A stretch of 54,742 nt of DNA, the filler included, from Circinaria calcarea (Eukaryota): the NCBI GenBank assembly GCA_051942165.1. It is 4 parts of 4 records of this genome, joined end to end, with 100 filler letters (N's around TTAATTAATTAA, not from the genome) between each part and the next. Parts side by side here need not be neighbours in the genome. Positions count along the whole stretch, not along the records: positions 13,722 to 27,329 come from JAVECS010000484.1; positions 27,430 to 41,037 come from JAVECS010000485.1; positions 41,138 to 54,742 come from JAVECS010000486.1; 1 more part is not named here. One strand, written 5' to 3'. Numbering within the stretch: the first letter of the stretch is position 1; the number at the start of each line of letters is the position of its first letter. Under the pieces are notes generated by a model. It ran no database searches. It saw only the letters and a program-made list of their open reading frames with translations, and was not told the DNA's origin. Position numbers and translations under genes: made by a program. Shown here piece after piece: positions 23,767 through 42,650 of this stretch.

Positions 23767-24618
23767 ATGTGCTCATGGTTCTGCGGAACCTTTTGCTGCT
23801 TCTTACTCCGCTGTCGGGATTCGTGCAACCAAAGCTCCTCGAGGTCTGTCAGCAGCGGAAACAGACGTTCTGAATTCCATCTTTCTAGTGTTCCCCGAGG
23901 CCTTGAACCTCACGAAGAACGCTCGACGTCGGGACAGAACACCATCACAGAGGGAGGTAGTACGATAGATTCCCAGCCGAGCCTGAGACCAGCAATGCCA
24001 CGAATGGGCATCTCCTCTGCAGATTCTAGAGATAAACCTCTACCGACGTCTAGGACCACGTTTGACGGTGGTGGCCCTGGAGCAATCCGGCGAGGCAAGA
24101 TTGTTCCTAATCTCGAGCTTTATCGACCTAATGGCTCTTCGGCTACTTGCGCGCATAGCATTGTTGAAGATGGTCCGGCGGGCGATATCGGTCTACATTC
24201 GGTGAGCACTTCACTTTTTTCCTAGATCGACAAGCTTCCGTCCAAAGTGCTATTTGAAAAGGCGTCAGTCTAACATTTTGATTCCAAGACATCTACTCTC
24301 ATGGATATTTGCTCGGCCGCCATACGCTCCCCATGGATCCTTGGCTGCAATACCCCACCACTCACAGCTAAAATACCAGCCGCAACCCCTTCAACGGCCG
24401 TATTCGCATCCTCTATCGCTCCCTTTACACCTGTCTCCAAAGTACCGTCCCGGACCCCACCACCAGAATGGCACCCTCCGAACCCTCCCGAAGTGACTTA
24501 TGACCGAGATATGTTGGCGGTTGTAGTGAACATTCAAGCTCAACCCACGGCAAGTGAATTCGCTACTGTCAGTGGGCTAGGCGGATACAGGCCACAAGCT
24601 CCAAGTGAAGAAATATGA
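23767..24618 (+). CDS. Hypothetical two-exon protein (about 254 aa) with a Cys-rich N-terminus
   Basis: ATG at 23767. A phase-0 intron at 24202-24288 (GTGAGC...CTAAC...AAG) joins ORF 23758-24225 in frame to ORF 24301-24618. No recognisable domain. Confidence 0.45.
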
Positions 24619-25200
24619 TGAGTCTCTCTTACCCCAAACTGGACATGGCGAGACCACAGGACCGTTATGGCATGGAAGAGCTAGGTAGCCCAATTTCCCT
24701 GTCTGTGGTAATAGACGGCGAGAGGGGATCCAAATTCAGTTAAATGTTTGTTTGAACTCAAGGCATTCGAGTAGTACAAGTAGGATACTGTCATATTAGC
24801 GCGGCGTATCGGAATGAATAATTGGGTAACTTGAGATAAATAAGTCTAATATCATTATAAACCAAACAACGCAAAACTACTTCACTGTCTGTGAGATTGT
24901 ACTCTAAATCCGAAGGCGAGACAATATACTCTCATTAGTTTTGTTATGCAAGATGACCCGTGCCAAGACCGGGGAATCGGGTATCTTTAGCGATCTACTT
25001 ACTGAGGGATAGCACCTACAAGAACAACGTCAGCCACTTAACATCCCATTTCAAACCCCTTGGCAACCGAGACATGATACAGTCTGCACCCAGAGATATT
25101 CGGTTTGAGTGAAGTTGCAGAAAGTCCTGTTCTTGAGGCATTTAACGTGGCAGTGAATCCCCGCCTTTCGTCACCTTCGTCCAGAGGGACCGAGCCAGCA

Positions 25201-26685
25201 ATGGACGATTTCGATAGTGTCTCATGGCAGAATGAATCAGAACGGGAGGTTCCGAAGACAAGCTCTTTACCACACCAAGAAGGCGAGAGTGATACAAGCA
25301 GAACTGCTGCCAATGGCAATAGAAGATTAAGCAGTACCCCTCAGCAGGTGGGGCGGCATGCTGATGCTGTGGACTTGGGGGGGATCGGAGATGGCACACT
25401 AGAATGCACAGTCGACACACCGTTGAAGGAAAGCGATGGCACAAAGGACGCCTACGTCTCATATCTTGTCACTACACACGTCAGTCTATAGCCTCCCCGC
25501 TATTGCCTGTCCCTTTTCTGAGACTGATCTCATCACTCATAGACGGACTTCAAATCGTTTCAAAAATCGCACTTCTCCGTTCGGCGGCGTTTCACCGACT
25601 TCGTATTCCTCTACAAAACCCTCTCAAAGGAGTACCCGGCCACCGCCGTACCCCCACTACCAGACAAGCACAAGATGGAATACGTTCGCGGAGACCGATT
25701 TGGCTCCGACTTCACCCAGCGACGCGCACACTCTCTAAATCGCTTTCTCAAACGCCTTACACTTCACCCAGTCCTCCGCCGCAGCACTCTTCTCACCATC
25801 TTTCTCGAAAGCCCAGACTGGAACGCTCACATGCGGCTACGGCCCAATCGGGGGGCAAGCGTTGGCGATCAAAGTACTAGTGTCTTTGACAATTTTGCCG
25901 ACACCTTTGTCAATGCCTTTAGTAAAGTTCATAAGCCCGATAAGCGGTTCATCGAGGTCCGAGAAAAAGCCGACAAGCTAGACGAAGACCTTGGACACGT
26001 TGAGAAGATCGTCGCCAGGGTCGCTCGGAGGGAGAATGACCTCGAGGCCGATTACAACGACCTTTCCGTGCAGTTCCTAAAACTCATCAATCTCGAGCCA
26101 GGCGTAGAAGGTCCTATTCACGCTTTTGCTCAGGGTGTAGAAGCCACGGCGAAAGGTCTTGGCGGCCTGAAGGAGCATACGGATCAAAATTACCTCGGCA
26201 GCTTACGAGACATGGAAGCGTATATCCTCGCTATTAAAGGTCTTCTGAAGACGCGTGAGCAGAAACAGCTCGACTTCGAAGGCTTGACCGAGTACCTCAC
26301 CAAAGCCGTCCAGGACCGCGACACGCTCGCTTCCTCGCAAAACTACGCCTCCCTCACCTCCCCGACCGGCTTCATCCGGTCCAAGATCGAGGACGTCCGC
26401 GGCGTTGACCACGAGCAGTCCCGGCGCGAGCGTGTTCGGAAACTGGAACTGCAGATCGAGCGCCTGACGAGGGAGGTGGAGGATGCGCGGCGGACGTCGG
26501 AGATGTTCGACGAGGAGGTCGTCCGGGAGGTTGCTGATTTTGAGCGGATCAAGGCGATGGAGTTTCGGGATACGTTGGGAGCCTTGGCGGGGAAGCATGT
26601 GGAGTTTTATGAGGGAGTAGTAGGGACGTGGGAGAGGTATGTGAGGGAGATGGAGGGGGGAGGAGGGGGTAATGAGGCGAGGTGA
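25201..26685 (+). CDS. SNX4: Sorting nexin-4 (PX-BAR)
   Basis: MDDFDSVSW start, PX domain (DAYVSYLVTT, VRRRFTDFVFL, PPLPDKHKMEYVRGDRF) and BAR region (REQKQLDFEGL, KIEDVRGVDHE). Intron at 25480-25542. Also known as ATG24. Confidence 0.94.
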
Positions 26686-27329
26686 TGATCATCACTTACT
26701 TCCTAATGAAGAGTTGGAAGTATCGGAGGGGGGGTTTCAGTGCCAGGGCCTGGATGCGTGAGCAGATATCAATCTAATAGCTGGATGTATACAGCGATGC
26801 TGATATTTTCAAGCCCTTTCTTCCGAAGACGGATCCGTCGGGCTCGGCTCTTATCTAGAATATGGTCATGAAACAGAATATCATCCGTACCTTCTTACAA
26901 ATCCCCTCTCTCCTTTTTTTTTACTTTAGCCTGTTGAACTCTCCTTCCCCGACCCTTATTCTATGCATCTAAACACCGAGATGGAGACCCGAAGTCGGAA
27001 TTCGCAACTCATCGATTCTACCGCGAGCGTATTCTACGTGGGCCTTTTTCTCCCCTTTATCTCTCCTGTCCCGTTCGCACCCCATCCTTCCCATATAGGT
27101 AATTGTGTAGAGAGAGAGAGAGATCTGTTAGATGTCGAATAGGTATTCTCTCAAATGATAAATATCCAATGTTCAGAATCAGCCGTCGGAAATCAAGTCA
27201 ACCGGAATCCAGTGAAAAAACCTATTTCCGTGGAAACACCATCTCCACATCCCCACCCCCTTTGCCCTCCCTATCCTCCTTCCTTCCATCCCTCCTTGAA
27301 AACTTCCCCGGCATGCCCAGCACCTTCTC

Positions 27330-27429
27330 NNNNNNNNNNNNNNNNNNNNNNNNNNNNNNNNNNNNNNNNNNNNTTAATTAATTAANNNNNNNNNNNNNNN
27401 NNNNNNNNNNNNNNNNNNNNNNNNNNNNN
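27330..27429. other. Artificial contig linker
   Basis: N44-TTAATTAATTAA-N44. Confidence 0.97.
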
Positions 27430-27716
27430 GTTTTATAATTCCTCCGTTCCGGGGTTAATTTGTTTTGGGTTTAATATATATTATGGTGCTGGTAATATAA
27501 TATATAGGCCCGGAGTAATGAATTACGTTTAATTATAAATTCTGGTTTCGGGTAATACCCGGATCGGTAATTTACCTGCCGACCCCCCTCGGAGCTTAAG
27601 CGACGACCCCCCCTAGACACGGGGTATATATTATATAAACCAATTGAGTATATTATCACACCATTTTCCGACCCTTAATCGTAAAATTATTATACTATTC
27701 GTAAAGGATTCTTACA
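27430..27716. mobile_element. Probable RIP-mutated LTR remnant
   Basis: TpA-rich, CpA/TpG-poor segment at a contig start. It ends in ...GATTCTTACA (reverse complement TGTAAG, a typical fungal LTR terminus), after which composition returns to normal. Confidence 0.5.
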
Positions 27717-28058
27717 GGAATGGGCTCCGGATCAGAACTTTTCATTATTGTTGTTGAACGTCCTGGGGTGATCGATATATGCGCTAGCAATTAATATGCC
27801 GAGCACCAAGTAAGCTCCAAAAATCTAGGTAGAGCTTACCTACCGTCATCCATTGTGTTTTATGACTTTGGCCATCTGCTCTTGATACCTGGTCTCAGTG
27901 TCCGCGGATGTTGACTTGCCTTCATCATGGATTAACCCATGCCTTCTTAGCATTTGACATTCCCTCCAACGACTGTTCATCTGGGCGTGGAATACTGGCC
28001 CTCGCGGCATTTGTCCCTTTGTCTCTATGGTAATCACAGTTCCAAGGTCTGTGATTAA

Positions 28059-33022
<4,964 letters not shown>

Positions 33023-33485
33023 CCAACGACCTTTACTACCTGAAGCTTCGGGAAGCAGGATACATGATATGGGAAGTGTCGGACAATTAGGTCCTTATAG
33101 TCCAATGTTGTGATCCTGCAAGCTCGCATGGCAGGAGGATTTCTTTCTCAAATGTACATCAACACAAACTTGTGCCAAATATGCCCGAATCGGTCGTGCT
33201 CTATATTCGAGGAGACATTCTATCTTCCTGACCAACTACGAAAGACGAGTGTCGAATGCCGGTGGCAGTATGGACGCGTACACATCCGGGCGCGGCAGCC
33301 TCATCGCCTTCCGAAGTTTGCTTGGACGTCCTCCAATGTTTCATTCCTCACCTCGCCCCTATCGCTGGCCGGTACCGTTGCATCAAGAGATAATGCCCGG
33401 CCCCATGTAAAAGAAGAGGGAGGAATGGCAGCCGGTATCAGTCAGACGCCAAGAAGGACCGTGCTAAGTCACTAAACTACCAGTA

Positions 33486-33697
33486 CAATCGAGGCCGGTG
33501 GCCAGAAGTCGTTGCCGGGTTAAATATTTGCAGCCCTGGACTTACCACCACTCCTCGCCTGTGAATAACCGCTAGCTTTGTAACTCCCTTAGCCTACTGG
33601 GATAATTAATCTTCACGCTCAGCTGCCAGACTAAACATGGCTGCTGGACGCCCTAATTAGAATCCGGCAACGACTTTCGGCTACTGGCCTCGAATAT
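33486..33697. mobile_element. MITE-like element, about 210 bp with 33-bp terminal inverted repeats
   Basis: 33489-33521 matches the reverse complement of 33661-33693 at 28/33, with all mismatches being G/A transitions. Left flank TA, right flank degenerate. Confidence 0.55.
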
Positions 33698-34174
33698 GCC
33701 TCTAGGCTATCCAAACAACTTTCACAGGGGATCATCACCGTAACTAGAGTCCAAGAAATACAATCGAGGAATGACCATTCAAAAGCAGCCATTATCTGCG
33801 ACTACGCTGCGAAGCGTTTGTCAGGCAGTGCCACAAGCACTCGTGTTGAATCAAAAGTGTGATTTTCAACCCCTAGTCCGAAAACCAGAAGCCCTTACAA
33901 ATATCTTACAATGTCGCTGCCAAAAAAAAAGGTATCAAGCATCATCTCATGAGTGTCGTTCCCGCGCCCTAGGCTATGCAACGCCCAAGCACTTTTGAGA
34001 TCAAGGCCCTGAAATTAAAAAAGCGCCGCTCCTAATGCCGATTTTGGTACATTGATGGCCCATATTCTCCTCATCTATTTGCCGTTGCTGCCTAGCTCAC
34101 TTGGCCAATGGTGTTTGTATGTTTTTGCTGATATTATGGTACAAGAAGGTGCCTTGTTTCCCGCCCCCCCCCCT

Positions 34175-36370
34175 TCATATTCCTCCTTTCCTCTTAACCT
34201 TACCCGGAAAGTCCACCTCGGGATGCACAACCCGCATGTGTCTTGTGAGAGCGTCGTTACGCGAGAATGTTTTCTCTTCGGTACATAGCTGGCATCGAAC
34301 CTTTTGCTTTCGTGCGTTGTGTATAGTGTCTTCATGCCTCGTCAGGTCATATGGTCGAGAAAATATAGAATTGCACGGTTTGCCCGTTGACGGATTGGTC
34401 CGGTCACACCTGTGGGGTCCGGCTTGACTGTTCCGGTTGGCAACTGACACAGCTGAACTCCCTCCGGGTGAAGTAGCCCCGGTGGCTGTAGCACTTTGAG
34501 GGGTGTGCGGTGTGGATGGACGGTGTCCTTCCCGTTTGTGTTTCTGTAATTTTATAGCGGTCGCGAAGCGCAACGTGCAGCCGTGATAGGTGCAGCTATA
34601 GGTACCCGAGTCGGCCGTGGTGTTTGCAGGCCGTTGGACTTCTGTTCTTTGTCTTTCAGGCGAACCCTCACTCTGACCATTTTCACTCTTCGTCCCACCA
34701 TCACTCTTAGTAGTATCCATGGACGTGAGATGAGCGGGAAAATCCGGCACTTGATCTGATGTACTCCGCATACTACTGCTCTGACTTCGTGATTGCGAGA
34801 TGAAAGGATATTGCTGAGGAACTTGGACGCGACCTGGAACTGCTGGAGGAGCAAATGCAAAGCGAGACCTCGTCTGTGCGGCTCCTGACGTTGTAGAATA
34901 TTCCGAAGAACTCTGCCGCCGCGTAGTAGCCGTGCTGGTGTAGCTGCGTTCCGTCAGGCTATCATCTGTATCACCTAGCGATGATTCTTGCTTGACAAGC
35001 TTGAGCGGAGAAGGTTTGTGGGTTCTCGAGCCACCACGCGATTCCTGCTTTTCTCGGGGGAAGAGGTGCATTTTCGCGTCTTCCTCATTTTCCTTGTAAT
35101 CTAGGAAGGCCTCCTTGGGAGATATTGTGTTGGGAGCCACCAAAGCTTGGCCTTTCGATTGATGCTTTGCTAGTACATCTGCATCCGCTTGAGCTTTTTG
35201 TTGTTCCCTCATCTGGGAGGCAGATCCTAAGCAACCGACAGTTTGATTTGAGCTCAAATACTCTTCCGCCAGGTGTTCGCGTCCCTGTCGAAATGGGGAT
35301 CTTTCCCTGGATATAGGTGTTGCTGGTGACGTCGATCGAGCAGAATTTGCAGCCTGAAGCCGCTCCGAGAAAACACCTTTGTTGTAAGGAGAGAGGAGGC
35401 TAGTTTGATTTGTGGACGGTGGAGATACTGGCACTACCGCTGCACCTCGAGGGTTGTAGAGCTCATCCTGGAAAACGTCTGACATGGTCCGATCGAGTTT
35501 GGGGATAATATTTCGAGACTCGACTAATCCTTTGGAGTTGTCTTCATACTCATCGGTCCCGAATGTGCTCCTAGGCGCCGACGATATGTCACCGCCCATG
35601 ACTGTGTCCTGTTGCGCCATCAGAACTTGCCTCATTGCTGTCTGTGCAGCCATGATTGCGTCTGCATTGTATGTCGACGGAGGGTAATCTTGGAAAGCAG
35701 GAGCGAGAAACGCAGTCTGGTACGGTACTTGGGATGAACTTAATAATGGCTTTGAGTGAGAGTTACCTGAAAAGTGCGCTCTTTGGAACTTCTCGAACTC
35801 AGGAGTAGAACTTGATGGCGACTCGGAATCGAGCACTCGAGGGAATGTCGTTGTCGGAGTCGATGGGGATGGAGGTCCCACCGACCCGATCGTCGACGCG
35901 GAGGAATTCCTTTTGTGAGATAGCTGGTTGCGATGGGGCGGGAGCTGTTGACGCGTGGCTGGGGGATTTAGCCGGTGTGTGTTGGGAGTAAAAGAAATCC
36001 ACGGCGGTTGATGTAAATGGCAATCATCAAGCCCCGGCGCGTAATTCGCGGTCTCAAACCCACCGGAGCTAGGAGTCCATTGCTGCACACGGATCGGTGG
36101 GCTGTAGTGAGGAGCTGCCGGCATGTAGCGGTGATCCGACGTGGCTTGCGAGAAGTCGAAGGTCTCAGATTCCAGCGCGGACGCGAGAAGGGATTCGGTG
36201 TACTTTTGATAAGATGAATCGTGCGACAAGGCGGGCGTGGCGGGCGTGCTGGTGAGGGGATCGGAGTGTTGATGTTGAGTGAAGTAGGATGGGTGGAAGG
36301 GTTGCTGACGTCGCGATGAATCTTGATGGAGGAGATGATGATGATGATGAGCTAACTCGAAGAGTGTCAT
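34175..36370 (-). CDS. RPN4: C2H2 zinc finger transcription factor, Rpn4-like
   Basis: Intronless 731-aa ORF with PKLDRTMSDVFQDELYNP and C-terminal fingers YSCTYHGC...H, CNSIFSRPYDLTRHEDTIH and CQLCTEEKTFSRNDALTRHMRVVH. Confidence 0.85.
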   Translation of the reverse strand: MTLFELAHHHHHLLHQDSSRRQQPFHPSYFTQHQHSDPLTSTPATPALSHDSSYQKYTESLLASALESETFDFSQATSDHRYMPAAPHYSPPIRVQQWTPSSGGFETANYAPGLDDCHLHQPPWISFTPNTHRLNPPATRQQLPPHRNQLSHKRNSSASTIGSVGPPSPSTPTTTFPRVLDSESPSSSTPEFEKFQRAHFSGNSHSKPLLSSSQVPYQTAFLAPAFQDYPPSTYNADAIMAAQTAMRQVLMAQQDTVMGGDISSAPRSTFGTDEYEDNSKGLVESRNIIPKLDRTMSDVFQDELYNPRGAAVVPVSPPSTNQTSLLSPYNKGVFSERLQAANSARSTSPATPISRERSPFRQGREHLAEEYLSSNQTVGCLGSASQMREQQKAQADADVLAKHQSKGQALVAPNTISPKEAFLDYKENEEDAKMHLFPREKQESRGGSRTHKPSPLKLVKQESSLGDTDDSLTERSYTSTATTRRQSSSEYSTTSGAAQTRSRFAFAPPAVPGRVQVPQQYPFISQSRSQSSSMRSTSDQVPDFPAHLTSMDTTKSDGGTKSENGQSEGSPERQRTEVQRPANTTADSGTYSCTYHGCTLRFATAIKLQKHKREGHRPSTPHTPQSATATGATSPGGSSAVSVANRNSQAGPHRCDRTNPSTGKPCNSIFSRPYDLTRHEDTIHNARKQKVRCQLCTEEKTFSRNDALTRHMRVVHPEVDFPGKVKRKGGI

Positions 36371-39082
36371 GGCTTGACTGTTGCTGGGTCGAGTTCGGAT
36401 AAAAGTAGACGCCTAAACCGAAGGGTCCATGCGACCTTTTATATTTGTTGGTCGTACTCCGACTGTAGTATTCGGTAAATGGAATTTTACCGAGCAGGTT
36501 TCACGATGACTGATGACTTTGGTGTGCGGGGGCGAGACAGCGCGTCGGCTAGCACGGGTGACTGGGCATTTGCACAGTCATACGATCGATGCAGGTGGAA
36601 GAATGGTTGAAAGGGTAAAGAAGGATAGGGCATGTACCGTATGTATATCATCTTATATCCGCCGTCTGCGAGCTTGCAACTCCAGGGTCTCGGAGGCCCG
36701 CTTGCCCGTGATAAGAATAAAGATCATTAATCAAATGCAGCATGTTTGACGGGCACCCGAGGGTGGTATTCTGGTAGGTGGTGAAGGACCGCCGAGTACG
36801 GGTTGATCAGCAATACCATTGAATTTTTATTTCTGGATGCCTCGACTGCATTACAGTACTTCTTCTCTCGACGGACTCCTGCAGGCCTCCCACTCCCCGG
36901 CTCTTTGGGCGAACAGGGGTCGGCCGCCGAGTCCCCCTGCGTCATCCCATTTTTCTCGCCCTTCCAGGCACCCGGCACCTTGGTTGACCCCTGTAACATT
37001 GCGAAAATCCTCAGCACGCTAGTCTTCTGCTGGCCGAAATCGAGGCTGTGTCGGATCGGCAAGGACCGTATGTGGCAGTGTCTAAAAATAAAGACGATCG
37101 CCCGAGGCCTTTTAGGTTCTGATGAAAGGGAAAAAAGGGTGTCGTGTGTGGGAGGTTGCCGATGCCATCCTTACAGATTCCCTCGGTTTCGGAGCGTCGC
37201 ACGTTCTACTTTACTTCACCGAATCCGGCGCTGCTGCAGCATCTACGGAGGTTTGACCACAAGAGCGACAATAGCCGGAGTAACCGTCGAGATCCTCTGA
37301 CCAAGGCCATACCCCCATCATTTGCCTGCACAACCCCGCGCTCACATCCTCGAGCCTGGGGCTTTTTCGTACGCTCATCTAAACTACCATGTTCTACCAG
37401 GTCGTGGCGCAGTTGATGATGTGGCCTAGATCTGCGACTTCGCTGGCTTCCCTCAGTCGTGTATGGCTCGTGGTGGATACTGGGAACCGGCGGGTGTGGC
37501 TTTGAATCTTGCAGCCAGACGCACCCATTGTGTCGAGTACAGAGTAATCACGAACTAGTCCCAGGCACCATTATCTGTAAACTGCTATGTCACAGCATAA
37601 GCCGTCTATCCGTGGTCACCAGCCCAAGTCATCTCCCAGAGAATACCTAACGGCCACGTATTATTATTAATCGCGTCTACACGAGTTTACCCGAGGAATA
37701 TCCGTCAAGTCATCTTTAGGTAAGGTTGCCTGTCCGAAGCCGGAGTCACCAGTACTATCAAATCTCTACTGCCCCCCGGAAGCACTCGCCTTTGCAGGAC
37801 ACCTACCACCTGCGTCTGATGTACAACCACGAGCCTTCTTCAGGTTTACCAAGCTCCCACTTCGAGGGCTCCCCACAGCCTCGGAGTTGTCGAGTAATTG
37901 GCCTTGCTTTCAATACAAAACCCGTATTCAATGATTGATCTGGAACACTACGCCTCATATAGCCATTAACAGAATCCGTAATTCTTGATGCGCTGAATTT
38001 CCGTCTACCCAAGGACGAAGTGTATACCAGGAAATCGATTCTCGGCGGTAGTGTACTGTATATGCCCTGATTGATTCCGACGGTCTGTCTTCGACTGCAT
38101 TTATCCATCCTATTGAAGAGCTCAAGCATGGCCAGCTCGGTTGGCATTGCTTATTTGTGCTGGATTTATCACGTTACCCAATGTCTTGACGACTCGTCTT
38201 GACTACCCTTCGAGCTGAGAATCGGCACCTTCTGCCCGCATGCGGAGGCCTAGACGCAAAACGCCAGATCGAGATGCTGGATCTCGGTAACGGAAGGCGG
38301 CCGCCGCCGTTAGTTTCTGGTGCCTTCATTCTGATTGGACCCAACGGCGGCAATTCGGCATGCGTTGGTTGACCCAAGTTGTGAGGAACCGAGGAAACCA
38401 GTAGTGCCTCAGTCTCCGGCACCGGGGACTTCAATCTTCAGCAAGAAATCCGATCGGATCCGCCTCGAATGGTGAGAGAACCAAGGTACACAGTGAGAAA
38501 AGTGCATAATAGGGTATGGTGTGGCTTACTTTTATCACGTTTTGCAGGGGGCGTCTCCGGGATCGTTATTCTCTACTGAAGTCATCTTCTATCTACGCCG
38601 TGCTGCACAGGTCCCTTGATTGTCATATGTAACAGGCCGGAGGAGTCTGAGTAGTCATGATCATATGCAGAAGGGGTTTAAAATATAGATCTCGCTAGAT
38701 CGGAAGCGGTTACTGCAGAATGTCTCTGGACATTGTGGCAGACAGCAAGATCGGCCTAAGACGTGCAGGTCCAGTTACCCCGTGAAGCCCTCGAAAATCC
38801 ACCGTACGTGTTACCGAATGAGTCACACATGTCACAGAATGATCACAGAGCACACGAATAGAGGGTAAACACAGGCTGGAATTTATTCTGGTATCATTCC
38901 ATGCTATCCTTGACTCCCATATCCTTTATGTTACAAAGCAACGACACCCAACAGGCTTCAGCCATGTTGAACACCAATGAGTCATCCAGCCCCGGCCACA
39001 ATTCAGTGATGTGTTCATCCCATCTGGCTCTATCTGGCAAGCCGGAGGCAAAGTCGTAAAGAAAAAGAGAAAAATGACGCGT

Positions 39083-40965
<1,883 letters not shown>

Positions 40966-41037
40966 ATATTGTCAGATGCGTACATAGTTGTCGCATATCT
41001 GTTCCCTCGCCGTCATGTCTACTTATCTTCTCTCAAG

Positions 41038-41137
41038 NNNNNNNNNNNNNNNNNNNNNNNNNNNNNNNNNNNNNNNNNNNNTTAATTAATTAANNNNNNN
41101 NNNNNNNNNNNNNNNNNNNNNNNNNNNNNNNNNNNNN
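41038..41137. other. Artificial contig linker
   Basis: N44-TTAATTAATTAA-N44. Confidence 0.97.
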
Positions 41138-42650
41138 GTCCCGACGCACCTGCCTATCCTGTTCCCCTTGTTCGGGTTCAACCAGCCTCCCAGATCCCCG
41201 GGCACCTCGCCACTCTCCCCGTCATCGGTCGTCCCCTTTTTCCGGTCTCTTCGGTCCACAACACACGTGCCTCTGGTCCACTGACCCGCAGTCTCGACTC
41301 TGATGTCCTCGGTGATGATCTTCCACTCGGTCTTCGGACTCTCGCCTTTCAAAGCGTACCATACGCATAGCGGGTCGTGTAGATCCAAAGCCGCTCCACC
41401 GCCTTCGTGCCCATGGTGGAGCACTTCCATTTTGCGGAAGGTTGCGCCCATCCAGGCGTTTATCCATTCCGCGAGCGGACTGCCTTTGTTGACGAGTGGC
41501 TTGACTTTAGCATCAAACTCGTCCCGTCGGATAGAGTGTCGAGTGGTGATATCAAGGGGAAACAGTATGACTTTCAACCGTTTGGGGCCCAGTTCGTCAG
41601 TTTGCGGGTATGGGGGTAATGAAGAACGCAGGGTGTTTTTATCGCCTTCCAGATATCTGCTCGGTGGCGGTGGTGGAGGCATGGTGGATGCAGGGTTTGG
41701 AGAAGAAAGAGCAAAAACACGCGCAGCAGCAGTCGTATCTGCATAGGTGTTGAACTCGGCCAAGGGAGTCATATTCCCGGGTTGTTCGACCGCGCCCCCC
41801 ATGACTAGGACATTCTTCGCTCGCATCAGGGTTCGGGGAGCCACTGACGCAGCAAGTGCTATATTAGTTAAAGGACCGATTGCTATTATGGAGATTGTGT
41901 CCGGTGGGTTCTCCTCCAGGATCCGTAAAATCTCAAGATGAGAAGGCTTTTGGGACGGGGTAAAGAAAGGCACGGGAGACGTTGGATCTGTGTGAGCTTC
42001 ATTGACGGCAGTGGATGTCAGAAGCGTATCAGAGGGTGGAGGGGAAAAGAGACTCTTCCATGTTTCTGGGGGCGTTAAATGTTGGTGCTAACAATGATCG
42101 TTAGGGTTGGCATTGGTCAGAGAAAGATAAGGGGTTTTCACACTGCTGTGTACTCCACCAAGTCCATCCGCTCCATCTAGAAGGTCTAGTCAGAGAGTGC
42201 ACAATGGATTTTGCTGTTTCCCTTACGGAAATACGCCGCCATCTGGAGCTGATCTTCCAACGGTCCATCGGCACCGACGGCCACGAGTGGCTTGTAGCTG
42301 CGGAGTGACCGGAATCCCTCTGATCGGCCATTTGCGTTTCGCCATTCCATCTCCTTTTCAATGACATGGAACATGGAAACGACATTACGTAGACAGCTAG
42401 AAAGGGATCAGAGGAGGGGATGACAAAGGGCTGAGAGCAAGCATCTGGCACACTTTTGAACATCTACATTTCCAAACGTAATGGATATCAAGAGTATTTC
42501 AATCTCTTGAGGACTGGCAGCAAATGCAAGTAACATGGCAAGGACATCGTCGGTACCCTATCAGAGGAGCGGTCAGTGCGGCCTTCGCAGGATCAATGGC
42601 GCAACTCCTACTGGATCGGTATCGATGATCACTCGTGCAGGCGGAGACAT
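41138..42650 (-). CDS. Inosine/uridine-preferring nucleoside hydrolase family protein (3' end cut by the contig boundary)
   Basis: Spliced N-terminus RVIIDTDP/GTDDVLAM, SITFGNV, FHGADGLGG, AIGPLTNIA, VMGGA, GNMTPLAEFN, FPLDIT and LHDPLCVW. Confidence 0.92.

Noticed and set aside
25074..25200. N-terminal extension or uORF of SNX4
   Set aside because: The extension relies on a TTG start, and the 12-codon upstream ORF may lie outside the transcript; MDDFDSVSW fits the usual family start.
36400..39000. ORFs in the 2.6-kb interval between RPN4 and histone H4
   Set aside because: Overlapping, motif-free ORFs on both strands; more simply the long regulatory region of a transcription factor gene.
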